Shown here piece by piece: positions 17,545 through 27,624 of a DNA stretch of 64,000 nucleotides. The notes below the pieces were generated by a model, which worked only from the letters and a program-made list of their open reading frames with translations, did not search any database and was not told the DNA's origin. The DNA is taken from positions 354-64,353 of the forward strand of contig VBOR01000030.1 of the NCBI GenBank assembly GCA_005893165.1, written 5' to 3'. Each line of letters starts with the position of its first letter. Position 1 is the stretch's first letter. The position numbers and the translations under genes are program-made. The stretch is from Candidatus Eiseniibacteriota bacterium (GTDB lineage: Bacteria > Eisenbacteria > RBG-16-71-46 > SZUA-252).

Positions 17545-18579
17545 ATGCGGCGCATCCACGGACCGAAATCCCGTCTGTTCCTCACCCTGGCGCTGGCGTA
17601 CGCGGCAGCCCTCCAGTCCGGCGCCGCCCACGCCACGCGCTACGCGGGGGAATTCCTGCGCATCGGAGTCGGGGCGCGCGCCCTCGGCATGGGCAGCGCC
17701 TTCGTAGGGCTCGCCGACGACGGAACCGCGTCCTACTGGAACCCCGCCGGGCTCGCGACGCTCGCGGAGCGCCAGCTGACGGCGATGCACGCCGAGCAGT
17801 TCGGGTCCATCGTGCAGTACGATTTCCTCTCCTACGTGATGCCTGTGGGCGCTCCGGGGAAGCCGCGCCAGGCGATCTCCCTCTCCCTCGTCCGATTGGG
17901 TGTGAACGACATTCCCGATACCCGCGGCCTGACGCTCGCCTACGACGCGAACGGCAACGGAAAATTCGATTACCCGGAAGATCTGCTCGCCGTGGACGAG
18001 AGCCGGTTCGTCTTCGACAGCGATAACGACGCGGCGCTCCTTTTCAGCTATGCTCGCGACGTCCGCCCGGGGCTTTCGGTAGGCGGGAATTTCAAGTACA
18101 TCCGGCAGTGGCTCGGGGACAGTCTCCGCTCCAACGGCTTCGGGATCGATCTCGGGCTCCTCTATGTCGGGAGCAGCGGCTTGTCCTTGGGGGCGACCCT
18201 CCGTGACGCGACCACCACCCGGATCCTCTGGAACACCGGCACCAGCGAGTTCATCGCGCCGTCGCTGCGCCTCGGTGCCGCGAAGACGCGGGGCTTTCGC
18301 GACCGCCGGCACCTCGTCACCGCCGCGCTCGACGTCCAGGTGGGATTCTCCGACGAGCGGCTCTCCAGCCAGGCGCATCTCGGGGCGGTCACATTCGAGT
18401 TCCATCCCGGGCTCGAGTACTGGTTCGACCGCCGCCTCGCGCTCCGCGCCGGATTCGAAGCGCAGAATTTCACGGCGGGCGCCGGCATCCGCTATCACAA
18501 GTTCGGCCTGGATTACGCCTTCCTCGATCACCGCGATCTCGACGCGAGCCATCGCGTCTCCGGCGCCTACCGCTTCTAG
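17545..18579 (+). CDS. outer-membrane beta-barrel protein, FadL/PorV(LptO)/UPF0164-like
   Basis: Signal peptide followed by GARALGMGSAFVGLADDGTASYWNPAGLA, the signature N-terminal motif of the FadL and PorV families. The C-terminal residue is aromatic (Phe). Confidence 0.7.
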   Translation: MRRIHGPKSRLFLTLALAYAAALQSGAAHATRYAGEFLRIGVGARALGMGSAFVGLADDGTASYWNPAGLATLAERQLTAMHAEQFGSIVQYDFLSYVMPVGAPGKPRQAISLSLVRLGVNDIPDTRGLTLAYDANGNGKFDYPEDLLAVDESRFVFDSDNDAALLFSYARDVRPGLSVGGNFKYIRQWLGDSLRSNGFGIDLGLLYVGSSGLSLGATLRDATTTRILWNTGTSEFIAPSLRLGAAKTRGFRDRRHLVTAALDVQVGFSDERLSSQAHLGAVTFEFHPGLEYWFDRRLALRAGFEAQNFTAGAGIRYHKFGLDYAFLDHRDLDASHRVSGAYRF

Positions 18580-18597
18580 CCGAATCGTCGCGCGGCC

Positions 18598-19896
18598 ATG
18601 ACCGCGATCCCGCCCGTCCTCGTGCTCGTGCTCGCCGGGGGACGGAGCGATGCGCTTCGCGCCCTGGGACGCATCCGCACGGCGTCCGCGCTCCCGTACG
18701 GCGGGAAGTACCGCGTCATCGATTTCACCCTCAGCAACTGCGTCCACTCCGGGCTGAACCGCATCGGCATCCTGACCCAGTACGCGCCGCTCTCCCTGCA
18801 CGGCCACATCGGAATCGGCCGCGCGTGGGACCTGGATCGGCGCGACGGAGGGATCCGCCTGCTCCAGCCCTACGTGCGCCAGCGCGAGACGAACTGGTAC
18901 CGGGGGACGGCGGACGCCCTGCTCCAGAACCGGAACGTGATCGAGGACGCCCAGGCGCGCCACATCCTCGTGCTCTCCGGCGATCTCGTGTACAAGATGG
19001 ACTACGCGGAGCTGATCCGCTTTCACGAGGAGCACGACGCCGCGCTGACGCTCGTCACCGTGACCGCTCCTTCCGACGAGCCTGAGCGCTACGGATACGT
19101 GCACGCGGACCGGAGCGGGCGCGTGTCGGGGCTGGAGGAAAAGCCCAAGCGCGCCGGAGGAGGCGCCGTCTCGGGCGCGATCTACGCCTTCCGCGCGAAG
19201 GAGCTCATGGATCGCCTGCGCCGTCCGGGTGCGGGCCCGGATCTCGTATGCGACGTGATCCAGCCCATGATCGCCGAGAAGACGCGCGTGTTCGCCTACC
19301 CGCACCGCGGATACTGGCGCGACATCGGGACGGTGGAGTCCTACTACGAATCCAACATGGATCTCGTGCGGCCCGCGCCTCCGCTCAACCTCTACGATCC
19401 CGACTGGCTCATCTACACGCCCAGCGAGGACCGCTCTCCCGCCGTATTCGGCGTCGAGGCGGCGGCGAGCCAGAGCCTGGTCTCGCACGGCGCGCGCGTG
19501 GAAGGGACCGTGCGGCGGTCGGTCCTCTTTCCCGGGGTCCACGTGGGACCCGGCGCGGTCGTGGAGGATTCGATCGTCATGCACGACACCCGGATCGGAT
19601 CCGGGGCGCGGCTCCGGCGCGCGATCGTGGACAAGAGGGTCGTCATCGGAGCCGGCGCGCTCGTGGGGCAGGCGGAGGGGAGCGCCGAGGACAGCCGGGG
19701 CGCGGCCGCCCCGGGGCTGTGCGTGATCGGGAAGGGATCGGTGATTCCTGCTTCCACGCGGATCGGCCCCGATGCCCTGATCGAGATCGGAGTCTCGGAG
19801 CGGGATTTCCCGGGGCGGGAGATCGCGGCGGGCTCGGTGGTCCGCCCCACGGGCCGCCTCGCCGCGGCGCGCGGCGTGAACGGGGGCTCCGGGTGA
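18598..19896 (+). CDS. glgC: glucose-1-phosphate adenylyltransferase (ADP-glucose pyrophosphorylase)
   Basis: LAGGRS...PYGGKYRVIDFTLSNCVHSGL..GILTQY and WYRGTADA are canonical GlgC motifs. A C-terminal left-handed beta-helix domain is present. Confidence 0.85.
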   Translation: MTAIPPVLVLVLAGGRSDALRALGRIRTASALPYGGKYRVIDFTLSNCVHSGLNRIGILTQYAPLSLHGHIGIGRAWDLDRRDGGIRLLQPYVRQRETNWYRGTADALLQNRNVIEDAQARHILVLSGDLVYKMDYAELIRFHEEHDAALTLVTVTAPSDEPERYGYVHADRSGRVSGLEEKPKRAGGGAVSGAIYAFRAKELMDRLRRPGAGPDLVCDVIQPMIAEKTRVFAYPHRGYWRDIGTVESYYESNMDLVRPAPPLNLYDPDWLIYTPSEDRSPAVFGVEAAASQSLVSHGARVEGTVRRSVLFPGVHVGPGAVVEDSIVMHDTRIGSGARLRRAIVDKRVVIGAGALVGQAEGSAEDSRGAAAPGLCVIGKGSVIPASTRIGPDALIEIGVSERDFPGREIAAGSVVRPTGRLAAARGVNGGSG

Positions 19897-21170
19897 GCTT
19901 CGTCTCCTACGCCATGATCCTCGCGGGCGGGCTGGGGAGCCGCCTCTGCATCCTCTCCGAGAAGCGCGCGAAGCCCGCCGTTCCGTTCGGGGGAAAGTAC
20001 CGGATCATCGACTTCTCACTCTCCAACTGCGTGAACTCGGGAATCTACGACGTGGGCATCCTCACGCAATACCGCCCGCTGAGCCTGCGCGACCATATTG
20101 GAATTGGACGCCCCTGGGACCTGGACCGAAAGCGCGGCGGCGTGGAGCTCCTGCAGCCCTTTCAGGGATGGGCGGAGACCGACTGGTACCGGGGCACCGC
20201 GGACGCCATCCAGCAGAACTGGATCCGGGTCGAGGAGCGCGAGGCGGAGCACCTGCTCGTGCTCTCGGGGGATCACGTCTACCGCATGGACTACCGGCCG
20301 ATGATCGAGGCGCATCTCGCGAGCGGCGCGGACGCGACCATCGCGATCGCCCAGGTGCCGCGGGAGGAGGCGCGCGGATTCGGCGTTGTGGATCTGGACG
20401 GCGAGGACCGGGTTCAGGGATTTGTCGAGAAGCCCGCGTCGCCCCCGTCGGGAAACATCTCGATGGGGGTCTATGTGTTCCGGACCTCGGCGCTCCACGC
20501 CATGCTTCGGGAAGACGCGGAGCGCGACACGGCCCACGATTTCGGAAGGAACATCCTGCCCGCGATGGTGGGATCGGGGCACGTGCAGGGCTTCCGGCAC
20601 GACGGCTACTGGCAGGACATCGGCACGCTGGATTCGTACTATCGCGCGAACCTGGACCTGCTCCGGCCGGACCCGCCGTTTCCTCTCGAGGATCCCCGCT
20701 GGCCCATCTTCACCCCGAGCACCGAATTCCCGCCGGCGAGGATCGGCATGCGCGCCGAGGTCCGCGCCTCGATCCTCACCCACGGAACCATCGTGAACGG
20801 GATCGTGGAGCGCTCCGTGCTCTTCCCGGGAGCCGTGGTCGAGGAAGGCGCCACGGTGCGGGATTCGATCGTGATGGGGGAGACGTGGGTGGGACCGCTG
20901 GCCGAGATCCGGCACTCCATCCTGGACAAGCGCGTCCACGTGGGCCCGCGGGCGCGCGTCGGGTACGGGACGGATCTCACGCCGAACCGGTCCTGCCCCG
21001 AGCACCTGAGCTCGGGGATCACGATCGTGGGGAAGGAGACGCGCATCCCCGAGGGGGTCACGATCGGGCGGAATTGCCGCGTCTCGGCGAATCTGATCGA
21101 GGAGGATTTTCCCGAGGATACGGTTCCGAGCGGCGGCGTGATGGAGCGCGAGCTGAACGTCGCGCACTAG
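19893..21170 (+). CDS. second glucose-1-phosphate adenylyltransferase paralog (GlgC/GlgD-like; alternative start ATG 19914)
   Basis: [12 protein letters not shown]...[20 protein letters not shown]...WYRGTADA. The GTG at 19893 overlaps the upstream glgC stop (GTGA). Confidence 0.8.
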   Translation: MSFVSYAMILAGGLGSRLCILSEKRAKPAVPFGGKYRIIDFSLSNCVNSGIYDVGILTQYRPLSLRDHIGIGRPWDLDRKRGGVELLQPFQGWAETDWYRGTADAIQQNWIRVEEREAEHLLVLSGDHVYRMDYRPMIEAHLASGADATIAIAQVPREEARGFGVVDLDGEDRVQGFVEKPASPPSGNISMGVYVFRTSALHAMLREDAERDTAHDFGRNILPAMVGSGHVQGFRHDGYWQDIGTLDSYYRANLDLLRPDPPFPLEDPRWPIFTPSTEFPPARIGMRAEVRASILTHGTIVNGIVERSVLFPGAVVEEGATVRDSIVMGETWVGPLAEIRHSILDKRVHVGPRARVGYGTDLTPNRSCPEHLSSGITIVGKETRIPEGVTIGRNCRVSANLIEEDFPEDTVPSGGVMERELNVAH

Positions 21171-21195
21171 GCCGCCCCCCGGACACGAACGAGAG

Positions 21196-22656
21196 CTACT
21201 GGATGCGGATTCTCTGTCCCGTCCGGAGCTGCCCCTGATCGCTGATCCGGTTCAGACGCGCCAGCGTCGCCGGCGTCTTTCCGTAGCGCTGCCCGATCTC
21301 CGAAAGCGTCTCGCCGCGCCTCACCAGATGCACGTGGCGGCCGCGATGGCGCGGAGCCCGGCGCATCTCCTTCTGCTGGGCGCGTGACGCATCACGAAGC
21401 TCGGCCCTGGTCAGGGGCTTGGGCTTGTAGTAGGTCTGCAGGAGCTCCTGCACTTCGTCCCCCTTGCCCTTCGGCACGCGGATCGAGGTGCCGTCGGCTC
21501 CGGCCGGGGCGCGGTGACGCACGAACATCGGATTCAGGTTCTGGAGCTCGTCGAAGGGAATCGCGGTGATTCCCGAGACCAATTTGAGATCCACCGGTCC
21601 GCGAAGCAAAACCTCGTCGAAACGGAACGGCGAGTTGGGAGGAAGGTCGAAGCCGTAGTGCTCCGGATCGGAGGCGATCTCCATCGCCGCCAGGAACTGA
21701 GGAACGTAGTCGCGCGTCTCGCGAGGGAGACGAAGGGCCCAGTAGTCCTCGGTCTTCTGGCGCCGGATCGCCCGCTTGATGGTGCCTTCGCCGCTGTTGA
21801 ACGCGGCGAGCGCGAGGGGCCAGCTCCCGTCGAACATCTCGTAGAGCTTCCGGAGATATCGCGCCGCGGCGCGGGTCGCGAGCTCCGGATCCCGGCGCTG
21901 GTCCACGTACGGGGTCATCTTCAGACCGAAGATCTTCGCGGTCCCGCGGATGAACTGCCACGGTCCCACGGCGCGCGCCACCGAGCGCGCGTGCATGTTG
22001 AACCCGCTCTCCACGAAGACCAGGTTCGCCAGCTCTTCCGGCACCCCCTCGGCCCTTAGATTATGCGCGAGGAGATCCATGTAAACGCCTGAGCGCGCGA
22101 GATATCGCTGGAAGTCCTCGCGGCCGCGGCCGGTGAAGTACTTGATCCACATGTCCACGCGCTCGTTCCGCTCGGGATTGATCGGGCCGAGCTTCCGGAG
22201 GGGCGTGCCGGAGCCGTCCGCGCCTTCGTCGGTCTCCAGAACCGAAGCGCTCATCCGGTCGCACTGCTCTTTCAGATCGCCCAGTTTCTCGCGAAGCTCC
22301 TTCACGCCGGGCTGCGTATCCGGCAGGCCGTCCAGCCCGAGAAGCGCGGCCTGGATGGCGGGAAGTGCCTCGGAGGGCTTCCCGGCGTCCATCAGCTCCT
22401 CGGCCTTCGCCACGTTCGCGAGCGTCCGCTCGAGCGGATCGTGGACCGGGGCGGTCTCAGCCTTCGGAGACTCCGAAGCCTTGTCGGGCGTGCCGGCAGA
22501 GCCCGGCCGGATCGTCCAGGCGGGCATGTCCGGGCCAAGCGCCGCCGCTCGCGCGGGGGCGAAGGCGAGGAGCGCGATCGCAGGCAGGAACGCGATCGCA
22601 AGCAGAGAAGTGCGAGTTCGGTTCTTCAACGGGGCCTCCGTGGGTTGAATAAGCAT
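21196..22656 (-). CDS. membrane-bound lytic murein transglycosylase D-like (SLT domain plus C-terminal LysM)
   Basis: Signal peptide. The SLT catalytic region (LVFVESGFNMHARSVARAVGPWQF; AAFNSGEG) and a C-terminal LysM (VRRGETLSEIGQRYG...LRTGQRIRI) are present. Confidence 0.85.
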   Translation of the reverse strand: MLIQPTEAPLKNRTRTSLLAIAFLPAIALLAFAPARAAALGPDMPAWTIRPGSAGTPDKASESPKAETAPVHDPLERTLANVAKAEELMDAGKPSEALPAIQAALLGLDGLPDTQPGVKELREKLGDLKEQCDRMSASVLETDEGADGSGTPLRKLGPINPERNERVDMWIKYFTGRGREDFQRYLARSGVYMDLLAHNLRAEGVPEELANLVFVESGFNMHARSVARAVGPWQFIRGTAKIFGLKMTPYVDQRRDPELATRAAARYLRKLYEMFDGSWPLALAAFNSGEGTIKRAIRRQKTEDYWALRLPRETRDYVPQFLAAMEIASDPEHYGFDLPPNSPFRFDEVLLRGPVDLKLVSGITAIPFDELQNLNPMFVRHRAPAGADGTSIRVPKGKGDEVQELLQTYYKPKPLTRAELRDASRAQQKEMRRAPRHRGRHVHLVRRGETLSEIGQRYGKTPATLARLNRISDQGQLRTGQRIRIQ

Positions 22657-22892
22657 TCCGGTCCGCGGACTCGAGGCCTCGTCGCGGAGCTGTCCGCCGG
22701 ACTATTCCGATCGCGTCAATGCGCAAGATTGTTGGGGAAGTTCGCGCACACTACGATCCGGTCATGCAAAATGCAAGCGGCAAGTAGCTGATATTCGGTT
22801 CCTGCGCCCCCCTGCAGGGGACATTGCCTTCCGTGGAACCCAGCGCAGCTTAGTACCTGCAAGTGATATGCCATCAAGGGCTAGAACGGCCG

Positions 22893-22922
22893 TTGACACG
22901 GTCGGATGGAGCCGCCTATTGT
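22893..22922 (+). promoter_or_regulatory. possible sigma70-like promoter (TTGACA-18-TATTGT) giving a leaderless or near-leaderless transcript for the 22931 gene
   Basis: TTGACA at 22893-22898 and TATTGT at 22917-22922. The ATG at 22931 lies 8 nt downstream. Confidence 0.3.
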
Positions 22923-22930
22923 GCGGCTCG

Positions 22931-25024
22931 ATGAAGACGGCAGTCTCGACGCAGGTCCTCATTCAAGGCCTTGTGAGGAGCCCCGATCGGGAGGGAGCGC
23001 TCGCGCACCTCGACACCGAGAGGGGTTTCGCGTTTGTGGGGCGTGGCTCGATGAGCCTCATCGACGTGATCGATCCGACCATCTGGGTGAAGGAGAAGCT
23101 GTCGCTGGCGCTCTCGGGCCACAGTGACGCCCGCGATCCACAGCTTCGCCGGGCGATCGCCATGCTGCGCGCCGTCCACGCCGAGCTGAGGGCGCGCCCC
23201 GAGCGCGAGCGGACCTGGATTTCGGTGCTGGTGGTGCTCTTCCGCGAGGGCGAAGGAATGGCGCTCACGGCGGGAGATTGTCCCTGCTACCGCTTCCGCG
23301 CCGGCGTGCTCTCCCGGCTCGGACGCGCCGCTCCGGGGACCCCGGCGGAGCGCCCCGAAGGCGCCCTGGGATCGGAGTCTCAGGTTCGGCTCGAGATGGT
23401 TCCCCTCAACCCGATCGCGGGGGACTGCTACATCCTGGCGACGCACCCGCTGCGGGAAGGGGAGCTGAGTCTCCTCGCGCGAGACCTCGCTCAGGCGCGG
23501 GACGTGGGCTCGCTGCTCCGCATCGCGACCTCCGGCGATTCGGATACCGGACGTGTGGCGATCGCGGCGCTCGCCGGCGAGCACGAGGTCGAAATCCCGC
23601 CGGCTGCGGCGCTTGATGAGGAGGAGCCGGCCGGATACGGGCCGCTCGAGCTCGATCCCATCGAGCCCGCGGGGAAGGAGGCGGCGGCTCGAGATGCGGA
23701 TGCGGCTCTGGAGGCCTCGGGATTCGAGGCGCCGGGAGCCGGCAAGGTGGCCGAGGATGCCCCTTCGGCGATCGACGAAGAGGCAGGCTCGAACCCTGAG
23801 CACACCGCGGACTCTGAAGACGGCATTGACTCCGAGGGCTCCGCCGATGCGCCGGGGCGAGGGCGCGCGGAGGTCGGTCTGCCGCTACCACCCTCCTTCG
23901 CGGAGCGGCGCCCCTGGTACGAGTGGATCGCACTCTGGGGAGGCGGGGCGCTCGCCATCATCGCGCTCGCGCTCCTCGTGCGCGCGATCATGCCCGGAAT
24001 TCTCGGAACGCAGCGCGCGCCGGTCCAGCAGTCCGCGATGCCGCTCGGCACCGGCGGAAACCTGGACCTCTTCTCGGATCCTCCCGGCGCCGCCGTGAAG
24101 ATCGACGGCGTGCCGATTCCCACGCGCACCCCCGCGACCGACGTCGCGGTCTCGCCGGGTACGCACCGGGTGGACATGGACTGGGGCGTGTACGGGGCGC
24201 GGCGCGACACGGTGCAGGTCCTCTCCGGCGGACGCGTGACGCTGCGTCCGCGTCTTCTGGGCTCGGTGGGATTTCGCTCCTCGGACCCCTCGCGGATTCT
24301 CGACGTCTACGTGGACGGCGCCTATGTGGGCTCGACGCCGGTCGCGCTCGACAGCATCGTCGTGGGCCGGCACCTGGTGCGCTTCGGCGGCCCGGGATTG
24401 AGCTCGACCGCGCAGGAGGTAGAGGTGCTCCAGGGGACGCGCGTGGAGCTGATCGGGAACGCCGGCGCGCTTCCGGACAAAGGGCACGTCACCGTGCGGA
24501 GCGCGCTCCTGAGCGACACGGGCTTCGAGTCGGGGCGCGGCGATCCCATCTGGGTGGACGGCGAGATGCGCGGAGTGACTCCGCTCGCGCTCGATCTCAA
24601 GCCGGGCGCGCACGGCGTTCGCGTCCTCCGCCGCGGATTTCCGCCGCAGATCACCGTCCTCGAGGTGAAGCCTGGGGGCGATCAGTTCATCACGGCGGAA
24701 TTCAGCTCGCGGTCGGAGGATCCACTCCGGTTCACGCCCCCCTCGAAAATCTCGATCTCCAATCCGGTCCCGGTCACGATCTCGCTGCCCGAAGGGGAGT
24801 GGGACGATTCGATGATCCTCTGGGTGTACGCCGCGCCTCCAGGCGGCTCGTTTCAGGCCCGGCGGATGACCCGCCTCGACCCGAGCTCGAAGCTCTTCGC
24901 CGCGCTCATTCCCCCCGAGGTGCTCCGGAACGGCGGGCGCCAGGTTCGGATCTATTTCAAGGCGGTCGGCGCCGCGGGCCGCGAGCTCTACTCCGAGATC
25001 TACACCATCCCCGTTTCGAACTGA
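22931..25024 (+). CDS. bitopic membrane protein: N-terminal cytoplasmic PP2C-like (possibly degenerate) domain, acidic linker, one TM helix, C-terminal triple PEGA-domain ectodomain
   Basis: LTAGDCPCYRFRAG resembles the PP2C GDSRxY motif. The TM helix is WIALWGGGALAIIALALLV. Three PEGA-type repeats follow (AAVKIDGVPIPTRTP, LDVYVDGAYVGSTPVAL, DPIWVDGEMRGVTPLAL). The alternative start ATG 22868 lies upstream of the putative promoter. Confidence 0.7.
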   Translation: MKTAVSTQVLIQGLVRSPDREGALAHLDTERGFAFVGRGSMSLIDVIDPTIWVKEKLSLALSGHSDARDPQLRRAIAMLRAVHAELRARPERERTWISVLVVLFREGEGMALTAGDCPCYRFRAGVLSRLGRAAPGTPAERPEGALGSESQVRLEMVPLNPIAGDCYILATHPLREGELSLLARDLAQARDVGSLLRIATSGDSDTGRVAIAALAGEHEVEIPPAAALDEEEPAGYGPLELDPIEPAGKEAAARDADAALEASGFEAPGAGKVAEDAPSAIDEEAGSNPEHTADSEDGIDSEGSADAPGRGRAEVGLPLPPSFAERRPWYEWIALWGGGALAIIALALLVRAIMPGILGTQRAPVQQSAMPLGTGGNLDLFSDPPGAAVKIDGVPIPTRTPATDVAVSPGTHRVDMDWGVYGARRDTVQVLSGGRVTLRPRLLGSVGFRSSDPSRILDVYVDGAYVGSTPVALDSIVVGRHLVRFGGPGLSSTAQEVEVLQGTRVELIGNAGALPDKGHVTVRSALLSDTGFESGRGDPIWVDGEMRGVTPLALDLKPGAHGVRVLRRGFPPQITVLEVKPGGDQFITAEFSSRSEDPLRFTPPSKISISNPVPVTISLPEGEWDDSMILWVYAAPPGGSFQARRMTRLDPSSKLFAALIPPEVLRNGGRQVRIYFKAVGAAGRELYSEIYTIPVSN

Positions 25025-25081
25025 CGCGGCCGCGCTCCCCCGGCCGCGCGTGCTCCATCTCCTCCCCGCGAGGGCGCGCTC

Positions 25082-27595
25082 GTGCGCCTTCCCGTTCCGG
25101 TTCTCCTGTGGATTTGCCTGCTCGCCGGGCACGCGCTCGCTTCGGCCGCGCCGATTCCCGCCGCCTGGGAAGGAACCCTCCGGGCGGCGGCATTCCTGCT
25201 CGCGCCCGCGTCGCTACTCCTGGGATGGGCGGCGAGCCGCCACCACGCGCGCGTGCGGGCGTGGATCTGGACGCGCCGCGCCGAGATCCTCTGCGGCGTT
25301 TCGGCGCTCGTCGCGGCGGGCGGCGCCCTCGGAGCGGAGGCGGATCGCATTCTGGAACCCCTTCCCGTACACCCGCGCCCCGTGCCGGTCGCCGTGGAAG
25401 GACGGATCCTGGATGCGGTCGCGGCGGACGCGCTGCATCCGGCCGTCACGCTCCGCGCGACCCAAGTGCGCGTGGGCGAAGCCTCCGCGCGATGTGCCTC
25501 CACGCTCCTCGTCCGCTTCGGCGACGACGGACCGCCTCCGGAGTGGGCGGTGCCCGGGCTCTCGATCCGATTCCAGGGCACGTACCGTCCGCTGGAAGAC
25601 GCGCGGAATCCGGGGACGTCCGCGCCGGGAAGATGGCTCGAGCGGCTCGGGATCGCGGGAACGGTGGATGCGGATCCCACGACCGTCGTGGTGCTCGCGG
25701 GCCAGAGGGACGATGCGATCCCCTGGAGCGGTCTCGTACGCCTGCGGCTGGCGCGGCTCTTCTCCCGCGACCTCAGCGCTCCCGTCGCCGCGCTCGCGCG
25801 AGGGATGGCGCTGGGGGACCGCTCCGGCATCGTGCCGTCGATCCGCGATTCCTTCCGCGACGGCGGCACCATCCACATCCTCTCGATCTCGGGACTGCAC
25901 GTGGTCGTGCTCGCGGGCATCGTGGCCGCGGCCGCGATCGCGTTCCGGATTCCCTCCGCGGCCGCGCTCTGGATCGAGCTCTTCGTGCTCTGGGGCTACG
26001 TGCTCCTGGTCGGTGCGCCTGCTTCGGCCGTTCGTTCCGCGATCTTGTGGACCGCGATGCGGGCCGCGCGGGTGCGCGGCTCTGCCGTGCGCCCCTTCGC
26101 GGCGTGGGGGAGCGCCGGGCTCCTCCTTCAGCTCGCCGATCCCGGCGTGCTCTCGGACCCGGGGTTTCAGCTTTCGTTCGCGGCGGTGCTGGGGCTTGGG
26201 GCGTCGGGAGGGCTTCGCCTCGCGCTCCCCGCCGCGCCGGGCGCCCGCGGAATCAAGGCGCGCCTTCGTTCCCTGACCCGGGCGCTTCTTTCGCTGGGAC
26301 AGCAGAGTGCCTTCGCCGAGGCGGGGACGCTCGGGATTCAGGTGATGCAGTTCGGCGCCGTCCCGGTGGCCGGTCTCTTCCTGAACCTCGCCGTCATTCC
26401 GCTCTGCGGGCTCTTCATGGCCGCGATGCTCGTGCACCTCGGCTGCGCCTTCGCGGCGCCGCCGCTCGCCCCGTCGGCCGCCGGAGCGGTGGAGCTGTCG
26501 GGGCTCCTCATGCTCTGGCTCACCGCGACGGTCGCGCGGTGGATGCCGCCCCTGCCCGCGCGGGCGTTGCCACCGGCCGCCGCGATCGTGCTCGGTCTCG
26601 CCCTCCTCCTCGTCGCGGCCGCCGCCTGGGAGAAGGCGCGTGTCGAGCGCCGAGCCCCGGACCGGAGAAACGCGTCTCTATGCGCCGTGGCCGCGCTTCT
26701 CGTCTCCTGGGCGGCGCCGTTCGTCCCGTACCCGCACGGGCCGGACCGTTCCGCCTGGCTCCTGGTGCTCGACGTGGGGCAGGGGGACGCCGCCGTCGCG
26801 CACGCAGAGGGAACGTCGATCCTCGTGGACGCGGGGCCGATCACGGAGACCCGCGACGAAGGGCGCCTCGCGGTCGAGCCCGCGCTGCGCTCCGAGGGAA
26901 TCACGGGGCTCGACGCGGCGATTCTCTCCCACGCGCATCGCGACCACTACGGAGGACTGGCCTGGCTCTTCTCGCGGGGATTCGTGCACCGGCTCTTCGA
27001 GAACGGAAGCGATCCGGAGGGAGCGTGGCGCCGGCCTCTGCTCGCGGGGCTCACCCGCTCGCGCGGCCGCGCGTTCCGGGTCCGGGGCGACACGACGGTG
27101 GCGGCGAGCGCGAGCTTGAGCTTTCGCCTTCTTCGCGCGCCCGACCCCGGCCTCTCGCGTCCCGGGAACGCGGCGGAGAACAACCGCTCCCTGGTCGCCC
27201 TGGTCGAGGTCGGAGAAGCGACGGTCTGCTTCGCCGGAGACGTGGAGCACGAAGCGGAGATGGCGCTCCTCGGGAAGATCGCTCCGGCGCGAATCATGAA
27301 GGTGCCCCACCACGGCAGCAAGACCTCCAGCGATTCGGCCTGGATCGCCGCGACGAGGCCCCGCATCGCGCTCGTTTCGTGTGGCGAGCGGAATCGATTC
27401 GGCCATCCCGACCCCGCCACCGTGGGGCGCTACCTCCTCGCGGGCGCCCGCGTGTTCCGGACCGACCGGGAAGGCGCGATCCGCATCACACCCGTGCCCG
27501 GGGGAGCGCTCGTTTCAACGCGCGCCCACCCCGCCCCGGAATTCCTGGCGTGGGACCCGCCGGCGGCGGTAAGTCCTTCCGGACATTCTCCTTGA
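25082..27595 (+). CDS. comEC: DNA internalization competence protein ComEC/Rec2 (competence domain plus C-terminal metallo-beta-lactamase domain)
   Basis: Polytopic competence domain. VLDVGQGDA...SHAHRDHYGG...KVPHHGSKTS are the ComEC MBL motifs. Confidence 0.88.
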   Translation: MRLPVPVLLWICLLAGHALASAAPIPAAWEGTLRAAAFLLAPASLLLGWAASRHHARVRAWIWTRRAEILCGVSALVAAGGALGAEADRILEPLPVHPRPVPVAVEGRILDAVAADALHPAVTLRATQVRVGEASARCASTLLVRFGDDGPPPEWAVPGLSIRFQGTYRPLEDARNPGTSAPGRWLERLGIAGTVDADPTTVVVLAGQRDDAIPWSGLVRLRLARLFSRDLSAPVAALARGMALGDRSGIVPSIRDSFRDGGTIHILSISGLHVVVLAGIVAAAAIAFRIPSAAALWIELFVLWGYVLLVGAPASAVRSAILWTAMRAARVRGSAVRPFAAWGSAGLLLQLADPGVLSDPGFQLSFAAVLGLGASGGLRLALPAAPGARGIKARLRSLTRALLSLGQQSAFAEAGTLGIQVMQFGAVPVAGLFLNLAVIPLCGLFMAAMLVHLGCAFAAPPLAPSAAGAVELSGLLMLWLTATVARWMPPLPARALPPAAAIVLGLALLLVAAAAWEKARVERRAPDRRNASLCAVAALLVSWAAPFVPYPHGPDRSAWLLVLDVGQGDAAVAHAEGTSILVDAGPITETRDEGRLAVEPALRSEGITGLDAAILSHAHRDHYGGLAWLFSRGFVHRLFENGSDPEGAWRRPLLAGLTRSRGRAFRVRGDTTVAASASLSFRLLRAPDPGLSRPGNAAENNRSLVALVEVGEATVCFAGDVEHEAEMALLGKIAPARIMKVPHHGSKTSSDSAWIAATRPRIALVSCGERNRFGHPDPATVGRYLLAGARVFRTDREGAIRITPVPGGALVSTRAHPAPEFLAWDPPAAVSPSGHSP

Positions 27596-27624
27596 GAAGG
27601 AGGCCCGAGGGTGATATACATGGG

